Shown: positions 38,403 to 49,310 of the stretch, piece by piece
Layout of the letters: each line of letters opens with the position of its first letter
Numbering within the stretch: the stretch's first letter is position 1
Origin: Azolla caroliniana
Taxonomy: Eukaryota > Plantae > Polypodiophyta
Direction: 5' to 3'
NCBI GenBank assembly: GCA_043228905.1
Contig: JBHGNT010000003.1
Coordinates: forward strand, 25,048,001-25,112,000
Length of the DNA stretch: 64,000 bases
The notes under the pieces: model-generated
What the model saw: only the letters and a program-made list of their open reading frames with translations
What the model was told of the DNA's origin: nothing
Databases searched by the model: none
Translations under genes and position numbers: made by a program

Positions 38403-40430
38403 ATGCTAGGTTGACCCGAACTAAGGTTTGGGATCGAGCATGGCCAAATATAACAAGACCCTACCCATGGAGGTGATCAGGGTAGAAACCCACCAGTTAG
38501 ATGTTGCGCTCACGGATTTGCAAACCAAGTATCATACACGCTTCAGGAAAGGAATCAAGAAGGGTATGTGTGTGACTAGGTATAGTTGTCATCGTGTTGG
38601 GACATCTCGACTTGCGTCTAATTCCACCCGACGACGTAGGTGCACACCCCGATGTGGGTGTACATTCCATGTGGACGTTAGAATGAATGATGGGGTTGAC
38701 AATGAGACACTGACCATTTCAATATATGGACCTCATAGTGGTCATGTACCATGCAGTAGGTCGCATTAGAAACTTGCTTGAGAGTTATATTCGCAAGGAT
38801 GCTCACAGTGAGGCCAAATGCGATAATGATTGATAAATGTTGGAAATCATATAATGCCATAACTAATGTGGTTACAACAGACCATGAATATTGGATTGTT
38901 GTAAATGGGCAACGGTCGCAAACACATTGTAGACTTTGTTGTCTCTGTTTCACGCCAAAAAATCATGAGTGGACAACTTGTTGCCAAAAGTAAGTACAAC
39001 TACGAGAACCCATCTTTTATCAACGAATGTGCCAACTGATGCAATGCATTACTGAATCCACATTCAATGCGATGTGTGAGGAGTTAAAAGCAGAATATGG
39101 AGACACGCCAGGTGTTTGGCAATATATAATAGGAGGGTGGCGTGGTTTGACATATGTGTGGAGGAAACTTTGGCCCAAGTTTGGTAGAATGTTCAACTAC
39201 GGACATGTTGGCACTACCAATATTGTGGAAAGACATTGGCAGTTTATCAAATATACATCCTTGAGAGGAAGAATAAACCGACCAATTACTGACCTTGTGC
39301 ATGTCTTAATCGGGGACAATGAAACTGGCACTTGTATCAGAGGAATAGTCATAGAGTGGTGCAAACAACGACAAGAAATATGTGAGAATGGTCGATTTTG
39401 GGCACTCTAGACCATTTGGACAGCCCACGATAATAAGGTATTTGATGGAAACCAACTGAATGAAGTTAGCTTCTTTAAGCAATCTCTATTTGATTGTTTG
39501 CAACTTAGAGACATCACACTACAAATTTACAATCTTTACTTTGAGTGCTTTTAAGCTCTTAAGTGTCTAATCGACACTTGTATATTTTTCTTTATTCTTC
39601 GTGGGTTTTCACCTCACTTTGAGGTTTCCCACTAGTAATAAAAGTGTTACTAAAAAAAGAAGAAGAGAGTGGTCGATTTGCACCTTGTGCAATTTGTAGG
39701 GATCAAAGGTTCTAACTTAAAGACGTCGAGAGAATATTGGAAAGGTATCTCAATGATACTTCCACAATGCATATTGTGGACTAAATCTGATATTGGTTTA
39801 GAATATTGAGCATGATAATTCCCATTCTATGGTATAATGTCTCACTCTAATGCTCATATTGTGATTGCCAAGACCTTGCGAGTAAATGTAAGCATTTACT
39901 CGGTATTCGAATGATTATTGAGAGGCATATGCCACATTTATGTGGCTCATCGCCTTTTATAGATCATGCAACGCAAATGTGAATGGACCATAATACAGAA
40001 ATAGAAGTGGAGACAGAGGTAGAATGAGTCGGGGAGACAAACCCCACAAAATTAGAGATTGAATCATTGAAGTCCAAAATACAAACGACCGAGGAAGCAC
40101 TTCAATGTCTCAAGCAAGGGTTAGGAACCTTTGATCGTGCAACTATTTTGGAATGTATACAAACATTGGAAGATATGATTGAGAAGGTGTATCGTGTTGG
40201 TGCACCAAGATCAACCAATGAAGAAGATGGTTGATCAATAAATCGTAACCAACAAATCAGTGCCAAAAGAAGCGCAACAATAGGCATCTCACAATAATAG
40301 GCATCTCGCAATAACTTATTGCCAGCTCCCCAAACACTTCCAAATCCCACATCGGAAAACTGCAAAGAGGTGCAAGTCGGGCTAGGAGGCGATTGCCAAT
40401 ATGTGACCATGAGATGGTTCAGTGTTTGCG
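38403..40430 (+). mobile_element. Degenerate Mutator-like (MULE) transposase with WRKY/FAR1-type N-terminus, DDE remnants and a SWIM zinc finger
   Basis: 38428-38769: YSCHRVG...RCGCTFHVDV...HSGH. 38778-38993: AIMIDKCWKSYNAI...CRLC. 39027-39410: TTNIVERHWQFIKYTSLRGRINRPITDLVHVL. ~39860-39910 translates CDCQDLASKCKHLLGIR (SWIM CxC..CxH). Frameshifts and stops are present. Confidence 0.82.
39399..39664 (+). mobile_element. Short retroposon (SINE or 5'-truncated LINE) inserted into the MULE transposase
   Basis: Flanked by a 15-bp near-perfect duplication, GAGAATGGTCGATTT (39384-39398) and GAGAGTGGTCGATTT (39665-39679); ends in AATAAAA...CTAAAAAAGAAGAA. Confidence 0.7.
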
Positions 40431-40847
40431 TTGCGATGGCTTGACCTTGACTTCAAGAGACTCGATTGTTACATGTTGTAAATTTTGTGGTTGCATTTTG
40501 CCATCATCCGGACATGAGCCATAATTGTTAAATGTAATGTGTGTATTCATATTTCATTTTAGGCTTCCAAGGCTTGGATTATTCCCATTATCAATATTTG
40601 ACGTTCTAATATTTTATTCAAGACTTTTTATTTGAATGATTACGTTGATTTGTTATTTGAAGCTTGGAGATATAAGTTTGTGTGATTTTTTTGTTTTAAA
40701 TTTTAGGTTTTGAGAGCAATTGGAAGTTTAGGTTTTTTTGAGTAATTTTATGTATCATTGCCGTGGCAAATATTTGTTGTACACTTACAATTTTTTGGAC
40801 TTTTTGATGTTTGTTTCTAAACCAAGCTCTTGCCTTGAGTCGGTCAG

Positions 40848-41182
40848 GCTCTTGGTGACAGAGGTTGGCAGACAACGGGGCTCCTTTTGACAGAGTCGGG
40901 CTCCTAATGATAGAGGTTGTCAGGCAACAGGGCTCCTTTTGAAAGAGTCGGGCTCCGAGGGACAGAGGTTGTCAGGCAACAGGGCTCCTTGTGACAGAGT
41001 TGGGTTCCTCGTGACAGAGGTTGTTAGAGAGCGGGGCTCCTTGTGATAGAGTCGGGCTCTTGGTGACAGAGGTTGTCAGACAGCAGGGTTCCTTGTGATA
41101 GAGTCGGGCTCCCAGTGACAAAGGTTGTTAGAGTTTCGGGCTTCTTGTGACAGAGTCAGGCTTCTGGTGACAGACGTTGGCA
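40848..41182. repeat. 52-bp tandem repeat (about 6.3 copies) built from two related TGACAGAG...GGGCTCC subunits
   Basis: gaggttg at 40861, 40913, 40965, 41017 and onward (period 52). Confidence 0.95.
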
Positions 41183-44029
41183 GCTTTTTATTCACATTGG
41201 ACCGTGGAGATCAAATGCGCCATCAACGTTGCGACATGTTGCACCCGCGATTCCCTCAGTCACCCTCTTAAATTTTTAGTAGTAGTTAGTCACGAGCATG
41301 TATATGTATGTATATGTGTGTATATATATGTGTATGTGTGTATGTATATGTATATGTATGTGTATGTGTGTATGTACATGTGTAATGGTGTATGTATTAT
41401 GTATATATGTATTTATGAGAAATGGTCGTAGTAGTAGTACAGTGTACCCTCGCTCGCCCTACAAGGATTTTCCAAATTTATGGAAATACCCCTCAAGGGG
41501 CCTAATGCTTCGAAAGGGGATTTCAAAGCTTCCCCAAGGCCCACCTCTTATCGTGTTTAGGAGGGAGGAAAAATGCAAAGGCGGACACTCGTGAGAGTTA
41601 AGATATGCCCTTAAATGATATCGCAACCAAGATTAAGCACCCAAAAAAAGGACACTTTGGACCCTAAAATTAATTAATATACTTAAAAAGAGTTGTATGG
41701 TTTTTGAAAATTAGGAGTATGTCCCATGGTTCTCAATATGGCACAATGTAATTGAGATTAAGCTCATATTTAAGTATAACAATAAACAACATGCCTAAGT
41801 TGTGTGTAAGCACTTGTCTTAGCTAGAGGCCATTTAATCACTTTGTATTTGAGAATCAAGATCATGCGACATAAAATGTCAATACATAAGCGTAAATTTA
41901 GGGGCCCTAAGACATATTGTATGTTCCATTAGGCTACATTATTTAGACAAATCATAAGATGTCGTAGACGCATTTTGAATACATTGTTAATGAACCTCAT
42001 CATCATAACAAAATTGCAATGTATTTGCCTTAATCTAATCAATTTGTGGGTTATCGGGAAATGGAGGCAATGCGTAAGTGTCAAATTTGTAAAACTCGCA
42101 AAGTAAGCCTTTGATGCTCTTTCAATAAGACACTAGTTGCCTTGTTACTCATTTAGAATCATTAATTATCGAATTGTGTTTGTTAACTTTTTCATGACTT
42201 GTCATGACATTGTTGTATTAAAGGAGAGGAACCAATGACGAATTCTTGCAATTGGCTCAAACCATGAGAAGGGGGGAGGGGGGGGGGGGCTATGCTCCAT
42301 CTATGTGGGTATTAGCATTTGTTGGACCCCAAATCAAAAGAGCATTGAAGGAAATTGGCCTAAACGTAACAATGGCATGGCTAATATATCAACCTTCCAC
42401 AATAAAATGTGTTTGAATCAACAATTATTTGGATAGCTAGTACAATTTTTATAAAGTGATTAACACTATAAAAACGGTAGAATACTTGGCTAACTAATTA
42501 ACGAGATTTAGAGGACAAGAAAAAAGCAACAAAAGTTCATGTTCATCTTAGCCCCTTGCACGCACCCTTTAAGCGTAGGTGTCATGCCGTAAAGGGTATT
42601 TTGTGTATTCCATTAATTTCACAAATTTACCAAGGTCGGCGTGTCTAGCTGAAAAGTAGACATTGCTTTTACTTTTAAAAAGCAACAATGTAGAAACCAT
42701 GCACCACATTTATTGTGTCATATTTAATGGCCTTTTTAATCTTGATACATATATATATCATGAAATAGTAAAACTGGCTCATTTATGATACTAGACACAT
42801 CCACATCGCCAATAATGCTAGTTCGTCAACCTTGTGATGAACTATATTTCCAACAACAATTTTAAGGCTAAAATGTTTCTAACGAGATATATAGGAGGTT
42901 CAATATGTTTCTAGACAAACAAATGTTGGAGGTTTGCAACGAGTGGGTGCGAGCTCGTGCCCAACCAACCACATGTAAAGAAATGATCTTGTTACCCACT
43001 TAACCATATATAGCATATGTGGATCGTTTTCCTACGACTTTTTGGTAGAGAGCATGTCAATCGTAAGGATAAGAATCCTACGACTTTTTGTGTCGATGAT
43101 GAAGCCATGTTTTATGTAGTTTTCGACACCGCGTAAGGAATGTGTGGCACGGCCTCTTATTGCCTGTAAGCCTTTTGCTGGATCGTGGAAAATGAGTTCA
43201 TAAAGCCACAATTTAAGGAAATGCCATTCATCCATAATTGGACCCCGTTTTTACATTCTATCTTTCGGTCACATCCAACTAGTTATTATCACAGTCAATT
43301 GGAGGGAAACATTATAGCTTCTAGCTTTCAGCTTGTGAAATTCTAAACTCGTATTAAAAGGAGAGATTGTGTGCATCCTCTATCAATGTTAAGTTGTCGG
43401 TCGTGAATAGTGAAATTGTCATAAAAGGTGAGATTCCAAATGCCTTAGAAACTAGGCCCCCCTTGATAAATGGATAAGATAAAACTGTGGATGTAAACAT
43501 GTGGAATATATTGCAGACAATGATGTAGACCACTTAATATAAGGCCCATTATTGGAAATTTTATAAAATGATATCATTGTTGGTAAGAAGTGCAATAGTG
43601 CATATACTCACATTGCACATGTGTGTGTGTGCAAGTGAGTGTGTTAGAGTGTAATTCGTTATCTCTTAACGAGTGTTTATTTCTCTAGGGATATCTACTT
43701 GGGACCTTGCATGTTTTGCATTTGTTACGATCAAATCAAATTTGCTTTTGCACCTCATACGAGGCAAAACCAAATTTTTTGTCTACACTGCACTTCTCCC
43801 CCCACACAACATTTTTTCACAACTTATCCCTTCCCTATAGTACAAATGTTTCCTCATCGATTCCAAATTTGTTTTTGGCTCTTTTTGGTTTTTAACAACA
43901 ATACCTTGAACCTTTACATTATTGTTTATACGTATGGCTAATGTTGGACTCTATGCTACAACATTGTTATTCTTGGTTGTAGTGATGGTGGTGTTATGAA
44001 AACATATAAGCCCCGATGATTTCTTCTAA

Positions 44030-44760
44030 TAGAGGGTATTGAGTGTTGAGCTCATTAACAAGGTCTCGATGGAACAATTCATGAATGTAACGAAACATTT
44101 AGCAATGGCATTACTAAAATTGAACTCCATGGATTGCTCCGCAATTGGAAGAGTTTTCATAACTACAAGATGAAGCATCTCATGGTCCATGAAATGTGTC
44201 AAATGACCATAAAATACATAACTTCTTCTTAATGTCATATAACTTGACACAATAAAAGATTTCCATTGTAGCTTGCACTTGAGCCCAATATTGTTATTGT
44301 ACAAACAAGATTTTGAAATGATGAGGTACAATTATTCAAGATGTTGATTAATTTGAGTGTATGGTTACGAGAATCCAAAACATGCCCACTGGAACTAAAA
44401 ATATGTCAAATGAACCAAGGGGAAGTCATGATGTGGGTTGGGCATCTATTGTGGAAATCTCATTGAGCGAAGTATGTTGTACCATTGCAAATGTGTGAAC
44501 CCATTGTAATTGTCTGCCATATGTGCGTCTCTTGTTGTTCTTGAGGATTTTGAGAGCATATTATACATAGGAGATGTTTCAAACCACGTGTGTATATGAA
44601 GCCCAAGCTCACCAAATAATTTATATCCTGATCAATGGAGTTGCCTAAAGAAACCAAATCTTTATCTCCTTGACACGGGCCCATATTATAGATTTTCAAG
44701 AGAGCAAGTTTGTCAAAAACATGTATACACATCTTCGTCTTGACCAACTACAATGCATGT
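44030..44760 (-). mobile_element. Highly decayed PIF/Harbinger-like DDE transposase relic
   Basis: Fragments appear in the expected order: GFIYTRGLKHLL, ICNGT (~FIDGT), HIFSS.GHVLDSRN (~HxFGP..GxxHD), YVFYGH (~YGDxAY) and EQSMEFNF (~QxxFN). The resemblance is weak and judged by eye. Confidence 0.45.
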
Positions 44761-45834
44761 TGTTTAAGTAAGACCCATATTCTTTGAGTGCTTTGAAGCA
44801 TAACAATGTGCATTACTATTTATTTGAGAGTTCTCACCTCACTAGGGAGTTGTAATATAAAGTGTTATTATTAAATAAATAAACAAACTATATGTATATG
44901 ATGCATGTTTTTGTGCGTCTTGATGAAATAAATGTATTCTCAATAATTCTCTACGCGTTTAGGTATGATATATTGTCAAAAAACATGTCATAAATCACAC
45001 CAACCAACTATGGAAAATTGTTATGACTTTGAGCAATGGTTAACAACATTAGTTTGTGTGAGCGATCCTCTCACTTATTCTATCTATGTTTTTTTTATGC
45101 ACACGACATTTGTGCTCTCACCAATGGGATACTACGTTGCAACATATTATTGCACCACGATTCATTGATGTGCAATAACACATCTTGTGTTTTTTGTTAG
45201 CAATGCACGTAGGCATTTAGATAATCAAAATCCTTTAATTTGTGCTTTAAACTACAAAAAGGTTGCTCTTGTGACGTGTGTGGCAACACTCGATAGGTTG
45301 ACAATGTTAGCAATACAACCACAAATGTGCATGCAACAAGTTAATTGTTTGACCTAACATTTTATATGGATTTCAAATTGTAATTTGTAAGACTAGAATG
45401 GTAACGTGGGTGACTAATATTGATGATCGAATAACTTTGACAAAAACCAAGATTTGGGCACTTTATTGATGTCCCATGTATAATATTGATGGAGTTGTTA
45501 TTAGTGTCAAGTGAGCTTATCATATATGTGTAAATAATTGCATGAATTCTAACGTGCATGCTTCATGAAAGCGCAATGAAAGGGCCCAAAAATCACAACC
45601 ATGTTTAGGAAAAGTTAAAACAAAACATTTAATTAGAATGATCACGTTGTTAATATGTCATTTTGAATGCACCCCTAGTTTTGGTACACTTGATATATAA
45701 GTTCACATGCTATCATAGACAAGTATGGACTTTCATGCCCCCAACCTAATGTCATTTTCAAGCTTCCATATTTATACATATTTTTGTGTCTTTCTCCATT
45801 TGCCATGATTTATCAGAATGTTAATAGTCAAGAT

Positions 45835-46083
45835 CATAGTATGAACCATACGTGCATTCGCATTCGCGAATATTTTGAGAATGGTAAACACCCTTTTGAA
45901 GTATGGTAAATACCATACTTTTGTATTCATTATTTATTATATGGTAAATTTTATTTTAAGGTAAGAAAGTAACGTAAAAACTGTGAAAAAAAAACATAAG
46001 CATGTTTTGATAATATACACATTCGTTTCATTCGTATGAAAAAAGAATGAATGCCAATGCATTCGAGTATATTACGTACTATG
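45835..46083. mobile_element. hAT-type MITE, 249 bp, with 8-bp TSD GTCAAGAT
   Basis: GTCAAGAT|CATAGTA... ...TACTATG|GTCAAGAT (TSD at 45827-45834 and 46084-46091). The imperfect TIR extends ~30 bp (TGCATTCGCATTC vs GAATGCCAATGCA). Confidence 0.85.
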
Positions 46084-48819
46084 GTCAAGATTGTTAAAAT
46101 AGAAAAGGGATGAAACTTGAATCCCAGTGTCTTAGTGTTTGAAGGAGCACACCGATCAATGCCCACTAGAGCAATCACATTCTAGGTTCATAAAATACAC
46201 ACCCAAAAGCATAAAAAAATCTTCCCATCTATCATTCATGCCCGCCAACAAATGAAGGATTTATAGAAGAAAAAGAACCCATTACGAAGGCACTCTAAGA
46301 GATCAAGACTTTACAAAGATTCTTTGTGGCCCTTGTCTTCAAAATGTCTAGCATTTAGGTTGTGTGTGTCACGTTGTCCCATAATCTCCTTTGTATTCTA
46401 GTCATATCATCAAACAAAGGTATTGTTTTGGGCATTAGGGAGCTTATATGTTACATCTCCCTCTTCGTCTTCCATCCACAAACCACACAATGTATATATT
46501 AAGGAAAATGGAATCAAGTCCTCCTATCTAAGAGACATAAATTTCACATTCACATACCATATATAATTATTGGGTAAAACACAATATATATGTTAAGGTT
46601 ATATTAATAGAGTTAGCCCCCCTAAAAAGAGTGCTTATTATTTGAATGCCGCGTATGTATCGATATAAAGTAAACTATATTATATGCGCTACAAATTATT
46701 TTTGTTGGCTCTTTCCATTGAGCATTTGCATGACATACTCCCTCGTGCCCCACAAAAAGAGTTCGTTGACACGTGGATGCTAGTTATCCACCATTACTAA
46801 AAAACAAATTCATTTCGTCAACAAATGATCATCCCCAAATTTTGGAGGGATATGATTCATATTTTTATAGGTTAATAAAACTCCTATCAGCTGAATAAAC
46901 AAATTGATGAAGTATGGATTTCAATTTACCAATAGATCAAATTTGGGCCATTTTTTAAATTCACGGTAGAGTTTGATGACACAACGAAGATTCGTTGTAA
47001 TCTCTTTCTTGAGATTTGTGCAGGGGATGTAAACCTCCCATTTTAATTTGTCACTAATCATCGAATGTGATCACATTTGTGTTGGGAGTTGGTCACGACT
47101 CACGACTCACAACAATGCACTGGTTATCTCACGAGTCGCTAGTTTGCATAGAAAAGGTAATATTAATCAAGTCACCATCTAAAGACTTTTGTGGTGGTGT
47201 TGACATGGTATCTATATATCAATGTATCACATAATATATATAAGGCAACATTAGTAAAGGAGTCCCCTCTAATGGCTTTTATTAAAATTGTTGACCTTGA
47301 ATCTACATACCTAGGATGCAATCTCTCTCCCCTTTCTCTTTATCTATCTATCTATCTATCTATATATATATAAGGTATTCATGTTGCCACCATCCACCTC
47401 TCCATACTATATCCACCTCAAACTCTTGTATCTAAATGTGTGGGTAGTGGAAACTAGGATTTAAAATTTAAGCAAGTTCTCAATTCTAAACCCATTCACA
47501 CGTGCCACATGCACTATGAAACTTCACAAGAAGCAAAGCTCCATTGGATCGATGGTGTCGAACATTTATTATCGAATGTATTTATTAAGTATTTATGTCA
47601 TTATTAAATATGTTTTAATTACTAGCTAATGATTGGGTGCCTTTACTTGAGGGAACTTACCTCAAAAACTCACATGAGCGGTAATCTCCGCATGCATCGA
47701 TAGTTTATAGCTGATTATATCAACTATAAATAGCTTATTGATTTGTAGATGCATAAATAGTTAATTAGTTGTGGATCATATTTTGTTGATTCCAACTATT
47801 TAAACCAAAATTGCCTATTACCTTCTATTGTATCGATACAAATTAATTGTTGAAATGCTAAATTTTCTTATCTTAATGAGGGGCATGATTGCTATTTTAT
47901 GGCATCCATAAGTGGGGATGGAGCTACATCAAGAATTAAGTTGTATAAATTTCATCACTTGTCTCTCTAAAGGACCGCGAAAGGAAGCCAAGGCTTCTCT
48001 TGTGCTCGACAAGGTAAGGAGGCCAACACCATCATCCCTCTATATTTCAACATGTAATGCATAAGCAAAAAAATGAGTCTAAAAACATCATAACCCTATT
48101 AAATAAAGGTAGTGGAACTTAGCAGCAAGGGCTTTTATTGAGAAGGCAAATATGACATAATTTATATAGATAGGGAGCTTGTCATTCCAGGATCTTTGCC
48201 ATTATCTAAAGTAGAGAAAATGTGTTCCTTGAAATAGAGCTAGATATTTGGGAAAGTTATGTGCATAAAAAGACTAGGCCCATATTAAATACATAGCACA
48301 ATCAACAAATCCATGGCTAAGAAAAACCACATCACGTGCAAAAGCAAAATACGAGGCAAAGCATCTCGTATTTGCGAATGTCGAGATAAACATGTATTTC
48401 ATTCGAGACCAATTAGAGAAAGATGAAATCTAGCGGGGAAACATAACTAAAACAAACCCATGTAAAATAGAAAGGCAAAACACCCGTAATTTTTTTGGAT
48501 ATTTACTAGAATAGCCCTCACTTCTTAAAAAGATAACTAGAAGAATACCCCTTCAAGAATGGTTGAAGATCGGGAGCATTATGGTAAAATTTTGGAGACA
48601 TCAATGATATCATGATAAATGTCCAAAGAGTTAATGAAGGTTTAACTGGATACAACCAACTAGAGTACATATAGCTACGAGGGAAAACTCCGAAAGAGCC
48701 CTTGAGTATTTCTTTATTTCCTCAAATGGTGACCTCGGTCAAGTGCCAAATGAGGTAACAATGAATGTTTTATGTGATATCCCATAGATGGATCCAACCC
48801 ACCTATGACCTTCTCTCGG

Positions 48820-49115
48820 CATGGTCGATACAATTCGTGTCTCCCTTGTATTCAAATGATTTTAAGTGATCTCTGGAGGTGAATCCACATCCCATGCATT
48901 CTTCAGATGGTCGATTCAGTTCATCTTTTACTAAATTCAAATGATTTCTGACTTTCTCCGAGTGGTCGATCCAATTCATGTTTCTCTTGTATTCGGATGT
49001 TTTTATGTTCTCTTTGGAGGCGAATCCGCTCCCCCCTAACTTTGTCCGGACTATCGATTCAATTCATGTTTCCCTTGTATAGCGGCCAAGACATCCTCCT
49101 TTCTTTGGAGGTGGG
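48820..49115. repeat. Degenerate ~90-bp repeats upstream of ECH2
   Basis: tcgat.caattc.tgt.tc.cttgtat...tggagg recurs at ~48825, 48966 and 49054, with a partial copy at ~48911. Confidence 0.7.
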
Positions 49116-49310
49116 TCAATGTTAGAGGCCATTTTGGGAGATAAAACAAACTGCAAGGGTATATATATATATATACACATATGTGACTATGTCTAGTTTG
49201 TGATTCTTTATTAAGAGAGTTTTGTGTGTTATATTTTACATTGTCTGTGTGCTTCTTTGTTTGGTTCTTTTGTTCAAAGAAATTTCTTATTCAAATTTCC
49301 GATTTACAAA

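Noticed and set aside
37829-38414. Several long ORFs rich in CVCV, HTHT and YIYI
   Set aside because: Translations of microsatellites. The same applies to 9445-9694, 13442-13722, 20777-21164 and 41177-41594.
41555-41594. AGGAGG/GGAGG followed by ATG, resembling a bacterial ribosome-binding site
   Set aside because: Followed by only a few codons, with no other sign of prokaryotic or organellar DNA.
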